Shown: positions 1-13,985 of the stretch, piece after piece
How positions within the stretch are numbered: position 1 is the stretch's first letter
Layout of the letters: each line of letters starts with the position of its first letter
Origin: Camelus dromedarius
Lineage: Eukaryota
Length of the DNA: 64,000 bases
Assembly (NCBI RefSeq): GCF_036321535.1
Contig: NC_087436.1
Coordinates: 107,138,001-107,202,000 of the forward strand
Reading direction: 5' to 3'
Notes under the pieces: generated by a model
Databases searched by the model: none
Told to the model about the DNA's origin: nothing
What the model saw: the letters and a program-made list of their open reading frames with translations, nothing else
Position numbers and translations under genes: made by a program

Positions 1-1085
1 CATATACAATAATTGCTGATAATCTTTTGTAGAACAATGCTTTGAAATCATTTCAGTTTTAAGAGAGTACATTAAGGCCATCAAATGGAATAAATCTCCC
101 TAAAGGAGATTTATATGAATTCTTTCTCAACACAATTACTGCAATTAGATACACATATACCTTTGTGTCCTTAATATTTTAATTTTCATGGGGCGATGAT
201 TTGAAGGAGCTTCTTACTAGAAATAGATCTAAAACACAGGGTTTTGATGACATTCTCAGCTAAACTAATTGTGTGAGCTGGGAACAATGTAACGAGGACA
301 GATGTCAAGGTCAATATAATTACTAATTTCTGAAACTGGGGTAATATTTCCAAGGGCCTTGCATATGACTTAACAACCTGTAACTACCACTAATGGAAAA
401 TTCAACTTTGGTTTTCTGGCATGGATGAAATGTTTGTTTTTTTCCAATTGTGTCCCAAAGTGAACTTTATTTGTCAAGGGAACAAAACAAAATCGACTTT
501 CTTGTCGGCTCTTCATCATATCGAAAGATGCAGATGTGAACAACAAAAGAAGCACTTGGCATGATCGCTGGAAATGTGTGCATTCCAAAATGCAGCTCAT
601 AAAAATCATATTTATCCCTTTGAGAGGAGACAGGAATAAAAGGGAACAAACTCAAGGAGGAATTGTGGTGTTAGGTTATTTACATTTCCAATAGTCCTGA
701 AATTATTAGATAGCTATTTTCTTGGGTCTTTTTTCCCCTATCAGCCACAGACTGCCTGTATATCTTGTGTCATAATTGCTACAAAAGGACCTTATTCCCA
801 ATGACATTCACTTCCAGGTTTTTTGCCTGCCTAAGTTGCTGGATGATGACAGTGTTTCAAAGTGATACAAGAGTATTCTATGAACAGTGTTTAGAACTCC
901 ATTCACTTATCTTGGCTAGGCTAAATCAACAAAGGTAGAGAGAGGTGCCGATTAAAAGGCATGCTTCAATGGAAAAATTATTTCAAAGCCAAAATTAATA
1001 GAAACTGCCCAACTAAACAGATTTAGGGGCCAGGGGAAAAAACTGGCACATAGCAATACACAAAAAGATAGTGATGGACTCAATT

Positions 1086-1122
1086 TCTCTCTCTGTCTCT
1101 CTCACACACACACATGCACACA
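1086..1122. repeat. (TC)n(CA)n compound microsatellite
   Basis: tctctctctgtctctctcacacacacacatgcacaca read directly. Confidence 0.85.
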
Positions 1123-2039
1123 CTGAATCTCTTAATAATAATGTACATTTTCTTTATATTTCATATTATAAAAGTTTCTTTTTAATTCGAGTTCTTTTGT
1201 AAACTGTGTTTGTTGAACAGAATTCTATTTAACACAGTATTTCCACATTCCATAGAGAGTGTGCATGGCAAGCTCTCTGAGTTGTAATCGTCCAACAGGT
1301 TTCTGGAACTAACTGGCTAATTCAGAAAGTCATCTCCTGCCTTAGGCTTGGCCGACTCTCACCCCTCTACAGTTCTCCACTGCCAGTCTGTCCTGACTTA
1401 ACTCCACTTGAACCTCATGCCAGTTGCTAAGTTCCGCTGAGAAATCTACCCCTTGTGGAACCAAACATTTAAAATCCTGACTTAAAAACACTTCTCCAAT
1501 TGCACCAAAAAGGAGAAAAGGAAATCTTTCCATGCCTCTTCCCCTTCTACTGACAGCTTGTCTCTCTCTCTTTTTCATCCAAATAAGCAGAGCTCTGTAA
1601 ATCTTGTCCAGAAGACACAGGCTGAAAGAATTAATCAAAGTGTTGTTTATGAGCTGCTCAGAGCAGATTAAATGTTGTGTTGACAACACAATTTGCAAAT
1701 TATCTATCAACATCAACAGACATACAGCAATGAGCTAAGCCAATTGGATACCTTTGGACATAAGAGGACCATGTATTTCCTAGTCTTGCTTCCAAAACAA
1801 AGGCTTTTTGAAAGAGTTTTATCCAACATCATTTGCAGTCTCATTGCTGCAGTTGAATTCCCGTTATAATTTACTTTGGACAATGCCAGTTTTATTTCTG
1901 CCACATACAGGTCAGATTTTCTATCATAATCTGACTACAACTTTTCCTTCCAGCCCCACTTGACTATCCCACTCCAGACATTCTATATTCCAATTCACCA
2001 CCAGATAGCTACCACATAGCCACCTCTTGAAAATAGATG

Positions 2040-2177
2040 AAGCAGCCTGCCTCCAAAATGACCCCAACCTTCTGGTAGTCACACCTTCATAGCACTATGT
2101 GTAGTTCTTTGACATGTTATAAGATCAGCCATGTGAGCAATAGAAAAGGACAGAAACGGTGGTATATCTCTCCTGAA
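2040..2177 (+). mobile_element. MLT1 (ERVL-MaLR) LTR, 5' fragment
   Basis: gcagcctgcctccaaaatgacccc...ttctggtagtcacacc...caatagaaaaggacagaa resembles the start of the MLT1 LTR at 9744; cut off by the adjacent L1. Confidence 0.55.
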
Positions 2178-2219
2178 GTCTGTCGTATCTTTGATTTGTT
2201 CTGTGTATGTCTGGGTAGT

Positions 2220-5200
2220 TTTTCCCTTGTATTGTTATACCACAACTTGCTTATACACTTACCTATTGATGAATATTAGACTAGTTTCCAATTTTGACAA
2301 CCATGAATAAAACTACTGTGAACATATGTGTACAATTCTCTTTTTGTGAGTATATGCCTTCCATTCTCTTAAATAAATATCTGTGAGTGGAAGTGGTCAC
2401 AAGATAGCTTTATGCTTTGTTTTATAAAAGCTGAAAAACTGTTTTTCAGTATTATTTTATGACCTCATCAACATGGTGTGATGATTCCATTTCCTTTACA
2501 TCCTTGCCAACACTTGGTATTCTTGGTCTTTTTAAAATGTTAGCCTTTCTAATGGATGTGAAATGTTATCTCACAATGGTTTAATTTGCATTTTCTGATG
2601 CCCAATAATGTCCAGCAACTCTTCACAAGCTTATTGGCTATTTGTAAGCCTTTGTTTGTGAAGTGTTCATTCAAATATTTTATCCATTTTTTAAACATTT
2701 TTTAATTGATTTATAGTCATTTTACAATGTTGTGTCAAATTCCAGTGTAGAGCACAATTTTTCAATTATACATTAACATGCATATGTTCATTGTCACATT
2801 TTTTTTGCTGTGAGCTACCACAAGATCTTGAATGTATTTCCCTGTGCTATACAGTATAATCTTGTTTATCTATTCTACATATGCCTGTCAGTATCTACAA
2901 ATTTAAACTCCATTTTTAATTGATTTGTTAGCTTCTTATTATTGAGTTGTCAAATTTTTTAGACATTCTTGATAAAAGTCCTTTGTCGGAATCATATACA
3001 GTGATTATTTCCCCCTAGTCTGTGGCTTGATTTTATTCTTAATACTGCTTTTCAAAGAAAAGGTTTTACTGTAGACTGAGCCTTATTTAGCACATTTTAT
3101 GGTTAGCAAAACATTTTTTAATGAAACTGAGAAGTACTTGCTACCTCCTAGAAGTATTATAGTTTATCCTCTTGATAAAAATGTAGAATAAGCCTAATAA
3201 AATCTACAGAAAAAAAAGATTCTCTGGGATTTGAATTTGGATTACATTAAACTTAATTCAAGAAGAAGCTACATTTTAAAAAATAGTCTTCCAACCCATG
3301 AACATGGTAACCCTCTCTGTTCTGTAATTTCTCTGTCAATCTCAGTGTACTAGTCTTCCATGCCTTTGTTACATTCATTTCTAGGTATTTTGATGCTATT
3401 GTTATTGTTGTTTTATTGTTATTTTATTTTTCAGATATAATAGACGTGATTGGTTTTGTTATAAATCTTTTGTCTTAAACTTTGCTAAATTCCCTTATCA
3501 ATTGCAGAAGACTTTTTATAGATTACCTAAAATTCCCTAGTACATTTTTTCATGTAGTCTATAAATAAATACAATTTTAAATCTTCCCTTCCAATCTTTT
3601 CAGTTACATTTACACTCCTGTTTTTTTTCCCCCTTGTTATACTTGCAAGGACCTCCAGTATTATATTGGATAGACTTTAGTAGAACAGACATTATTGTCT
3701 TGTTCTCATTTTTAGGGAGAATGTTACTCTCTTTTTACCATTAAGCATTATATCAGTTTTAATTTCATAAATGTTCATTATGAAATTCAGGAAATTCTCT
3801 TCTATTTTCAGTTGGCTGAGTGATTTTAATATGAATAGGTGTTGAATTTTGTCAGCGGCTATTTCTACATCTGTAGACAGGATTATGATTTTTCTCTTTT
3901 TTTCTCTTAATCTGGGAAATGACATTGATTGATTTTCTTTTTAATGTTTAAACCAACCTTGCATTCCTGAAATAAACATGACTTTACCATAATGTGTTAA
4001 CCTGTTTTAATACATTGCTGTTTTCAATGTGATAATAACTTCTTGAGGACGTGTCTATGTTCATAAGTGATATTGATGTATACTCTTCTTTTTAATAACA
4101 TATTTGTCAGGTTTGGGTATCAGAATTATTCTTACCTCATAAAATTTGTTAAAAAGCATTCTACCTACCTCTATTTTGTGAAATTTTTTTTGTAAAAATG
4201 ATATTTATTCCATAAATATTTCATAGCTTTTACCAGTGAAATCATACAGAACTAAAATTTTCCTTGGAAATATATTTTCACTATGTATTCAGATATAGTG
4301 CTATTCAAATTTTTCTACTTCATCTTTTGTCAGTTTAGATAAAACATATTTTTCACAGTATGTGTCCATTTCACCTAAGTTATTGAATTTATTGGATTAT
4401 TACCCCTTTTACATTATAAAATGGCCCTCTTTATCTCTAATAATATTTCTTGTCCTTAAGTTTATATTGTCTGATATGAATATATCCAATAGAGGGCTTT
4501 TGGTTAGTATATCCATAGTATAGTTTTTCTATCTTATCATTTTTAACCTACAAATATCTTTATATCTAGAGTACATTTCATAAAGACAAAATATAGCAGT
4601 CTCATTTTTTGTTTTTTTCTGAAAATGTTCGCCTTTAATCAGAATGCTTAAACACTTTGTATTTAATGTAGTAACAGATATGTTTGAGTCTAAGTCTATA
4701 TACTTGCTATTATTTTTTCTATTTGTCTTGTTCTTTGTTTCTGTTTTCCTCTTGCATACTTTCTCTCAGATTAATTGGATATATTTTATTATTCTATTTA
4801 ATGTCCTCTACTGGTTGATTAGCCACATTTATTTTTAATTAAAGCTCTAGAATTTACAATAGCCTTCCTTAACTTATCTAAGCCTTCCTTAGAGCCAATA
4901 TGGTATTACCTCACACTTTCCACCTGATAATTCACACTTATCATTTCCACTTCACAAATGTAATAACCATTTGCCTTTCCTTGTACCATAGAATATATTT
5001 TAAAGCATTATTTCTTTATTTCTTTTCTACATATATTTAACCCTGTTTTTAATATTATTATTTTTACATTAAATAGCCTTTAGTTTTTTAAGGAACTTAT
5101 GAGAAAGAAAATAAAAGTGTTTCCATTCCTGGTTCTTTCTTTCCTACCTGTGGATCCAGCTTTCCATCTGGTACCATTTTTTTTCATCTTGAAACACATC

Positions 5201-6350
5201 CTTTAACATTTGTTATAGTGCCAGTCTTCTGGAGACGCATGATCTCAAATTTATTTATTCAAAAATGTCTTTATTTCATCCTCATTTTTGAAGTGTATTT
5301 TTGTGAATTTAATTCTAGATTGAGAGTTTTTCTTTTTCTTTTTAACATTTTTAGTGTGGTATCCATGGTCTTCTGGAATCCATTGTTTCTTTGAAAAAGG
5401 TAGCAATTGCTTGTATAACTGTTCCCCTGAATGTAATAAGTCTTTTCTTTGCAGCTGATTTCAATATTTTTTCTTTACCTTTGGATTTTAGCAGATCTGA
5501 TGTACCTCTGTGTCTTTCCTTTTTTGCGTGTATTAATCCACATTGCAGATCTGAAACTGTGGTCTGTAAGTTGAGGTTTTTCATCATATTGAGGATACTT
5601 TAAGGCACTATTTAAGTATTTTTGTCTATACTATTCTCACTGTCTTCTTCTGGGACTCCTTTTACATGTAAGTGATACCAGTTAATATTGTCCATCAGGT
5701 CCCTGTACTTCTTTTAATTTTCTTCAGTTTTTTAATCGTGTTTCCAATAGTACAATTTCTATTTATCTGTCTTTAAATTTATTGACTCTGTGTTCTGCCA
5801 TATTCAATTTGCTATTGAGACTGTCCAGTTAATTTTTCACCTCATTTATATTTTTCCAGCATGGAATTTTAATTTTGTTTTTTTCATAGTTTCCCTTCTC
5901 TGCTGAAATATCCTATCTACTCATTATTTAGACCATATTTACTATTAGTTATTTGAATGTATTTTATTTTAATTCTTATAACATATTTACTAGTTGTTTT
6001 ACAGTACTTGTCTGCTAGCACTAATATCAGGGCACAATGGACTTCAGTTTCTAATATTCGTTTGTTTTCTTTTACTTAAATCTCAGTTGTATTTTCCTCT
6101 TTCTTTGCATTTCTAATTACTTTTATTATATCAATAAAATGGTTCAGCTCAGCAAGAATTATTTTATTTTATTGGATTCTAGCTCCTGTACCACAGTTGG
6201 GGAACTGTCACAGGCAGAGAACCAGAGAAATCACAGGACTCCCTTACAAATTTCTCTTTTTAGGGATCATTGTTCTGCCTGTCGCTTACAGCCTCAAATC
6301 CATATATTTTGTCCAATTTTATGGTTGTGGTTGATTATGATGTAATGGTC
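2220..6350 (-). mobile_element. Ancient LINE-1 (L1M), degraded, with ORF1 and ORF2 remnants
   Basis: Minus ORF 3692-3925 (IILSTDVEIAADKIQHLFILKSLSQLKIEENFLN..IMLNG..FSLKMRTRQ) matches L1 RT [30 protein letters not shown]. Minus ORF 5351-5587 (KSKGKEKILKSAAKKRLITFRGTVIQ..FFKETMDSRRPW) matches the ORF1p C-terminal half. Plus strand is T-rich throughout. Confidence 0.92.
2695..2908 (-). mobile_element. Young lineage-specific (camelid-type) L1 3' end nested in the old L1
   Basis: tttttaattgatttatagtcattttacaatgttgtgtcaaattccagtgtagagcac...; approximate TSD tccattttt(t)aa at 2683-2694 and 2909-2919. Confidence 0.85.
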
Positions 6351-6692
6351 TTATCTAGTACTCTATTATATTTTTAATATGGTTTTTAAGTAAAGAAATG
6401 TCAATGTAGATTATTCATGCTTATGAATGAATTATAAGCCCTAGTAAGGGTTTAAGAATCAATGTAATGATTCTGCCTACTCAGTGTGATTTAGATTTGC
6501 CAAAAAAGCTTGTCTCTAAAGAATCCATGACCTGCGTATTATGAAGCCTCCTGGTGGTTTTTCCCCTTGGTCCAAAATTCCCATTAGACTAATTTCTTTC
6601 AAAGTTGCAGTAAATGTAGGGACATATCCTTCAATAGAGATGAGTTAAAATTCAGTTTGGCACACATATTTGAGGATGTCCAAATGTGTTTT

Positions 6693-6775
6693 AGAGCAGT
6701 ATAGTTGCATAAGCTCGGGATTCGGAGTTAAGAGAGAGGACTGCTCAGCCTCGGTTTCCTCATCTGCATAGTGGG
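6693..6775 (+). mobile_element. MIR fragment
   Basis: Core motif gcctcggtttcctcatctgcatagtggg. Confidence 0.6.
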
Positions 6776-7209
6776 CTAGAGGTCTTTGCGAATTGTTCAC
6801 TTCTGTCTGGAAAATGCTTTTTCATTATAAGGCACTGATTAAAATATGTTTTCCATTTGTGGGAGAAGAGGCGAAGGAAGGGACAAAAGGCAGAAGAATT
6901 TTCCCTAGCCTTTGCCTATTTTCATATATTAACTTATCAGAATATTTTTTAGCACAGAAAACCTGACTCCAGAAATAAAACTGAAGCTTGTCCCGCTGAA
7001 GTGTAAAGAAAAGGGTTCATGACTTCAAAACTATCAACAGTGCTGAGAAGTGTTACAGGATGGGAAGAGGAATACCATAAACCTAAGAGCTTGCAGCAAG
7101 GGGAATGAAGATAAATTACATTCAAGTAGCCTTGATTTTTCAATAGCTCACTCTGGCTAATTATTCGTTTTTACCTTCAGCAAATGAGCAACTAATAGAT
7201 GGCTATATG

Positions 7210-7895
7210 ATCTGCCATCAAGTGCCAAGCAGAACGTTAAGCACTTTATATGGATTATTGCACATGGTTGGCATTATTATACCCACTACACAGAAGAAGA
7301 AATGAAACTTTAGAAACCATGAGGGGCAGAGTTTTAGGTAGCCCTCATGTTCCCTACTTCCTGGGGTCCACGCCTGTACAATTACCTCCTATTCAGTGTG
7401 GGTGAGATCTGTGACTTGCTTTTAACCCATAGAATATGTCAAAGGTGATGAATCACTCCCACGATTACAGTACATTGTATAAGATTCCATCTTACTAACA
7501 TAGTCACTCTGTTGATGGCTTTGAAGAAGCAAGTTGCCATGAATCCTACAGTCACAAGGAAACACTGCCAACAACTGAAGGAATTTGGACATAGATCCTT
7601 TCCCAGTCAAGGCTGTCATGAGAACGTAATCCTGATTTTAACCTTATCTGAAATCTTGTGTGGCACTAAGCAGAGAACACACTTAAAAGGTACCCAGATC
7701 CCTGATCCACAGAAACTGTGAAATAATAAATGTATGTTTTTTTTAAGCCACTGAGTTTGTGATGACTTGTTATGCAGCAATAGATAACTGACATAAGAGA
7801 CAAATTAAGTTGCTAAAGTTCACACAGCTAGGAAGTGGCAGCAATAAAAACCAAACCAGAACTATTTGAATTCAAAATCCTTGTTCTCTACTAAT
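7210..7895 (-). mobile_element. MIR split in two by an MLT1 LTR
   Basis: gtgccaagc..aagcacttta..cagaagaagaaatgaaac before 7320; resumes with aagttgctaaagttcacacagctaggaagtggcag after 7796. Confidence 0.7.
7320..7795 (+). mobile_element. MLT1 solo LTR (ERVL-MaLR)
   Basis: Diagnostic motifs ctttgaagaagcaagttgccatg, cacagaaactgtgaaataataaatg, ttttaagccactgagtttgtg..ttgttatgcagcaatagataactga. Confidence 0.9.
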
Positions 7896-8089
7896 ATTCC
7901 ATATTAAATACCACTCATCTGTTCTATAGTTTCCAATCCCCCACTAGTGAAAACTTGATAATGCCAAGAAATTTCACAACACAAATCAGTTTCAAATAAT
8001 GTTGAACCTTGATTATGAAATCTGCATGTTTACCATGTGAAATGGTGGCAAGACCCCATGGGTGAAGAATACTGATAACTGGTACGTAC

Positions 8090-8290
8090 GAAGTTTACCA
8101 TATGTGAGAAAGCGTTCTCGGAGAGTTTTGTGCATTATCCCAATAACCCTTTGACATGCCCATGAGGTAGGGACCACAATTATTTTGTGATAGAGAAAAC
8201 TGCAAGTTAGAGAGTTTATCAGTTTTGTCAAAGGTCATGCAGATTCTAAGTAGCAAAGTACAGATTTGAACTCAGGTCTGCTTTATTCTG
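8090..8290 (-). mobile_element. MIR
   Basis: catgaggtaggg..gagaaaactg..aaggtcatgcag..gatttgaactcaggtctg. Confidence 0.75.
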
Positions 8291-8504
8291 ACGATTCAGA
8301 TTTAGAATTAGAGAAATCTTCAAGCTGTTTACAGAGATTCCTTAAGTCTCGGGAAATGAAAAAACTGGGAAGTGATGGTTTGCGATTGTGATTGCTAGTC
8401 TTTAATGTGGTGTGTATGGAACCCTCTAAGGAGACAGAGACTGTTTATTGACTATTGGTATCACACACTGGATTAGGTACTATAATAGTATTAATGATAA
8501 TAAC

Positions 8505-8660
8505 TAATTTCATCCATCTACTTTGCAATTATTTGCTGATTTTCTCCTGTGTTTTAGGCACACAGCAGATCCTGGGGAAAAAGAAAGGAAAAGCAGAGTA
8601 CAGAACTTCAGGGAGCTTACAGTCTGTTAAAGGAGAAAGACAAGTGAATTAACTAATTAT
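8505..8660 (-). mobile_element. L2 3' end
   Basis: ttcatccatc..aggcacac..ggagcttacagtctg antisense L2 tail pattern. Confidence 0.6.
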
Positions 8661-9034
8661 TAGTATGGAAAAATATTGAATCTCTCTATTTGCAGACTCA
8701 TTTTTCTTGTTTATTGTCAAGTGACCAAAATCATCTCTGCCCAAATATGTAAACCTCAATTAATTGAAAACTTATTTAAGTAATGACTTCCTTTGAAAGT
8801 GAGATATTAACATTGCAAGTGTAAAATTATCTATACATTTTATAAAGTGATTCAACAGAAAAATATACTCTTCACGAAGTATTTAGAAGAGATATCTAGG
8901 ATTTGAAAATCTTGCCTTTTTTCTTTTAGAAAGATGAGAAGAGCAATATAAGTTATTCCCATTTTTGTTGAGTGCATGCATCTGGTTAGATCAAGTCAGA
9001 GTTACTAATTATAATAAACATAAATATTTGTCCC

Positions 9035-9445
9035 TGTAGCAGACATCATGGTTCCTCCCTACGTGGTTTTCATTCTTTTCTCAGCATGCAGCTTTATTTT
9101 TGGGGTGGGCCTTAAAAGATGGATGCATTGAAAATAATCCCTTCCCCTTTGCCATAGTGATGGTCCAATCAGAAAACTATTGTTCAGCTAATGACTGTAG
9201 ATATAAATGAAACTCCTAGGAGAATTTGGCAGCCATTCTGCCACTATGTAAGTAGTCAATATTAGGATAAGGGCACAACACGGGGACAAAAAAAAAAAAA
9301 AGGAAGTCCTTGATGGCATTGTTGAGTACCTAGATTAAGTCCACCATATTCCTAGTCTTAACCTTTATGTAAGCCAGAAATTCCACTTTGTTTAAGCCAA
9401 TATAGGTTGAATCTTCTTTTAAAGATAGCAAACTAAGTGACTGAG
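9035..9445 (+). mobile_element. Old MLT1 (J/K-like) LTR
   Basis: tgtagcagac start; ggcagccattctgccac; gtccttgatggcattgttgag; tttgtttaagcca. Confidence 0.65.
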
Positions 9446-9454
9446 TGTTGTAAA

Positions 9455-9620
9455 GCCTCAAAATTGTTCTCATCACAAAAAAAGAAATGTTAATTACATA
9501 ATGAGATAGAAGTGTTACCTAACACTATGGTGGTAAACATCACAATATAATGTATTGAATCAATGCTTTGTACATCTTAAACTTACACAGTATTATACAT
9601 CAATTATATCTCAATAAAAA
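9455..9620 (+). mobile_element. L1 3' end (L1MA-like)
   Basis: gttctcatcacaaaaaaag...tgtacatcttaaacttacacagtattatacatcaattatatctcaataaa. Confidence 0.85.
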
Positions 9621-9743
9621 TACTAATGTTTCTGATGTCTTCATCTGAATCAATGTTTTATGATAATGGATGTTCAGTAAGAGTTAACAAGTACAAATAT
9701 TGGCATCTGACATTTGAGTCCTTGAGACAACTAAAGTAATCAG

Positions 9744-10274
9744 TGTGGTAGCTAGCCTTCAAGGGGCACCTAATGAGCCTTACTTCCTGGTACTTGTACC
9801 ATTAAATAGCCTTTTCCAACAATGGATGAGAACAGGCTATGACCAGTAGCAGAAATGATAGTGTGTAATTTCTAAGGTTAGGTCATAAAAAAGCATTAAA
9901 GCTTCCAACTTAGTCTCCTGGATCTCTCCCTCTGGGGGAAGATAGTCATCAAGCCACAAAGATACTTAAACATCCCCATGAGTGCCTCACATGGAGAGGA
10001 AAAAATATGAACTGAGATCTACCACCAACAGCCAGTGCCAACATGCCAGTCACAGAGTATGCCACTTTGAAAGCCAATTCTTTGGTCCCAGTCAAACCTG
10101 CAGAAGACTGGGACCCATCATACTTTGGACTGCAACCTTGTGAGAAATCTGAGTCAGGGCCACTAGCCACACCATTCCTGAATTCCTGACCTGCAGACAT
10201 AATAAACAATCATAGCTTTTTTAATTTACTTAATTTTGAGGTCTGCTGTCACACAGCAATAAATAACTAATACA
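9744..10274 (+). mobile_element. MLT1 solo LTR (F/G-like), near full length
   Basis: TG start tgtggtagctagccttcaag and end cacagcaataaataactaataca; internal aggtcataaaa and cccagtcaaacctgcagaagactg. Confidence 0.9.
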
Positions 10275-11560
10275 ACTATCAGGTATTTAATAAGCATGTA
10301 GTTTTTAGAAGGAGGGAAATAAAAATAAATGATATCTTCCTGATTAACAAAAAAACTTGCACTCTTACTAGAAAGATAATAAGAACAAATGAAGAAAACA
10401 AGTTCCTTTCCATATAGTTGACACTCAAAAATGCATCATTAATTAACTTAGAGACCAATACATGATAGCCTTTTAACAAAGGCTAAATTGTGTAGTTCAA
10501 GAAATAGCTATGAAGTTAGTCAGCTGCCTAACATTTCCTGGAATTAAAAATTGTGTATGGTGTTATTAGAATTATTATTTAAAATTATGTTAAATTAAGA
10601 TTACGTCTTAAGATCTTTGATTCCTACAGCAAAAATTGAAAACCTCCTATAGTTTGACTAATGAATGGTTTCTGGCTCATTTGTAAGCAGTTTACATTTT
10701 AAGGTTATAAGAACTATCCTAGGAGTGGTTTATGAGATGCTGAAAAACAAAAGAACTCATACAGTGATCAGCCAATAATCAAAATTTTATACAATTAACA
10801 TTTGAAATGGAAGGTGACTTGCTCAAGAATTCTCAGGAATAGCTGACTATCAGGAAACAAATATATCTGTTGTCCCCTCAAGATAGAAGAATGGAAGAAA
10901 CAATATGACCATAGAGTTTTGCCAAAGGTTTACATCAGTGGACAGCTTAAAACATGGGGTTTCCCTCACCTACATAGTGGCTACATACAGCACATGAAAT
11001 AGAAACTGAGGATCCGTTTAATACAACACAAAACAAAAAAGAAATGATAAATATATTTGCTGAGGCCTACAGGATAATTACTCTAATACATGAAATCAAA
11101 ATCCTATAATGTGGTCAGCAAATTGCTGGAGGACCAGGAGCATCTAATATCAATGATTTCATTAAGCTATTAGATTTTCTTTGATTAACAGTAACAATTG
11201 GTGTTACATCACCTGACAATGGAAACGTTTCATCCGGGTAGCTAGTTAAAATACAGCCATGTTGTCTCTCTTATCACTGCTTCCATGTGAAACTCCTAAG
11301 AATAGAGCTTCCTCCGTCCAACAGCTGGAAAACCCCACTTCTGAGATAAGAGAGGTTGTGTTCATCATGACAAAAAGTGCAATACTATGAAGGAATTTGC
11401 AGAAATAATAGGATCTACATGGAAATGCTGAAGACAATTTAACAAATGTGTCCAGATATTGACTTACTTTTTAAGCTTCCATTCAAAACTGGGCATTGCA
11501 TTCATCACTGCTGTCTGACTTATGCTTGGCTTTTCAGCTTTGGATAGTCACATGTAAGCT

Positions 11561-11646
11561 ATTTTCTCTTCTCTCTCTTTCTCTCACTCTCTCTGTCTCT
11601 CTGTTTGTCTCTCTTTCTCTCTGTTTCCTCTCCCCTTCCCTCTCTC
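11561..11646. repeat. CT-rich low-complexity tract
   Basis: Imperfect (TC)n polypyrimidine run. Confidence 0.8.
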
Positions 11647-11777
11647 AATCCATCAACATAAATGATATTTAACAATCAAAACTCTAAAAGGAATTGACAA
11701 CAGCAAGTTTTTTCTAAATCTAACAACGATTTTTTGTTTTTTAAAAGACTAAAGATTTCTCTTTTAGCAGAAATAAA

Positions 11778-11990
11778 AATAACAACTTGTTAGACGCTGA
11801 ACTCAGCTAAGAACAGTTTACTTTCATTGACTCACTTGAGCCTCACAAGAACCCTGAGAAGCAGTTTATGATGATTATTCCTATTTTGCAGATAAGGAAA
11901 CTAAGCATCAGAAAGTTGAATGATTCACCCAAGGTCGTACAGCTAATAAGTCTTGCCATCAGCTCCAGACTCCAAGGATTCCAGATTCCT
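11778..11990 (-). mobile_element. MIR
   Basis: cctcacaagaaccctgag..attttgcagataaggaaactaag..cccaaggtcgtacagctaataagt. Confidence 0.85.
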
Positions 11991-12584
11991 AATCAAGGAA
12001 TCAAAACTCTGAATAGAGCTGCCAGACTTTTTTGTGTTAGACAAAGTGTTTTTTGTCTGCCATTTCATCTTTTTAAAATGGCTCCAATAGAAGCAATCTA
12101 CCAGTTAGAGCAAACATATACATTCTTGAAAATGTTTGTACAAATCCAATACTTTTGTACATAAATGGTATTTTAAATGAACTAAGAGAGCTACTGTTTA
12201 AATTGCTTTCTGAAGTACATTTTAGAAATTCAAATTTCCACAACTTGGGCTTGATTGAAGCATGTCACCTTGTAAATGACATTTTTTTACCTTTCTTGGA
12301 TAAAAGAGAGAGAAAGAAAGCAAAGAAGAATAATAGAATGGATGCCAAATTGTAAGAAGAAAATATTTTTAATGTGTTATTTAATCATTGACCTTGGAAT
12401 AAATAATAATAATAATAACAAATTCCTGACAGGAGAAAACTTTGTGGTTTACAAAATGTTTTCCAGCCCATTTGTTTTGGGGGGATTAAAATGATTCTGT
12501 GATGAAGAAAGTTCAAGTATAATTATAACCACATTGCGTATGAGTAATCACTTGCTGTCAACACTTGAAAGATGGGAATAGCCT

Positions 12585-12945
12585 TTTTGATGTTCACCCC
12601 TGTATCTTAGCTCTTAACATCATATCTGGAATGTGCAGGCACTCAGTAAGTAGCTGCTAAATAAATAAATGAATCAATCCGTTAATGAGTTGTTGTGTGG
12701 ATGAGAGATCAAGATTTTCATCTCTGGTCTGACTGCCCAGGAATGAAGACCAGCTCTGCCATTTTAACATTTCACAGCTTTAGGCAGCTTTCTAACACCT
12801 CTGAGTCACAGTTTCTTCCTGATGAGGATAACCATACCTAACTCATCATGAAAAGATGCAAGATGCAGTGAGCTAGTGCATGAAAGGTACACAGAATGGA
12901 GCCTGGCATGCAGTAGGTGCTCGATATATATTTAGTGAATGAATG
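12585..12945 (+). mobile_element. L2 tail followed by MIR
   Basis: caggcactcagtaag..taaataaatgaat; then ccagctctgcca..ctctgagtcacagtttc..gcctggcatgcagtaggtgctc. Confidence 0.7.
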
Positions 12946-13309
12946 AAAAATGCAACAATTAGTTGAGCTGAGACTCAAAACAAATCTCTGACTCCTAAGT
13001 GCAGGATCCTTCTATTGCCCTATTACCCAAGAAAATGTTAAGTCCTGTGAAATCCACCCTCAGAGCACTTACTTAAAGCCATAGAGCTAATGGACTGACC
13101 CAGACACTAGACCAAGTTCTTGAGAGATTCTGATCTGGTCAAGGGCCTCAGTCCATGACTCAAAGAGCTTTTCTTGATGATTCCGTCCAGCCTGCTTTGA
13201 AAGTAACTTTACATTCTTGGAGTCATCTAACCAGAATCCCAAAGGATGGAGTTAAACTGAAATCCCTTAGTTGCGTGGTTTTAAGCTGTGTTCCCAGTTA
13301 ACTGCAATT

Positions 13310-13405
13310 TCCTTGAAACAAGGACTCCATCAGTCTTGTTCCCCAGAGCTTAACATGGCACTTAGCACCTAGCAGTGCTCTATAAATATTTGTTGAATGA
13401 ATGGA
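13310..13405 (+). mobile_element. L2 3' end
   Basis: gcagtgctctataaatatttgttgaatgaatg. Confidence 0.7.
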
Positions 13406-13649
13406 CATTCCACAGAAATCTAGATGTCCACAGGGCAACTTTAGGATTTCTGAAATACTTCTAAATACTATTTAATTGATATTTATTTTTAAATGTTTTA
13501 ATTATTTCAAAAGCTGTTTCCAAAAGAGCACACATGCATTGTATTTCCAAATTTCACAGATTAAATACCAGCAACACAATGAGTCATACAGTGGGTTGAA
13601 CTAGTGTATATGCTAAATTGAATAAAGTGTTTTCTGCCATTTATTTTTG

Positions 13650-13985
13650 TACATTCATTTACTCATTCATCTAATTCAAGAAATACTGATTATGGAGCTA
13701 CTCTGTGCCAGGCACCATTTAAGTACTTGGGAAACACCAGCAAACAGGAGAGACAAAGATTTCTGCCTTCATGGAGTATACTTTCTAGTGGAGGGACAGA
13801 CAATGGACAGTAATTTGTGTGGCTTATCATAAGGGAATAAAGTGTTACACACTAGAGTTGTATCTGGGGAGGGAGTGGAGGTTGCAGTTTCAAGTGGTCA
13901 GGGTAGGTTTTATTGAAAAGATGACAAGAGAACAGAGACTTGAAGCAAGTGAGAAAGTTAGCCAAATGGATGTGTAAGAGAAAGA
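13650..13985 (-). mobile_element. L2 3' portion, probably continuing at 16340-16930
   Basis: cattcatttactcattcat..ctactctgtgccaggcacc..ctgccttcatggag..ctagtggaggg. Confidence 0.85.
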
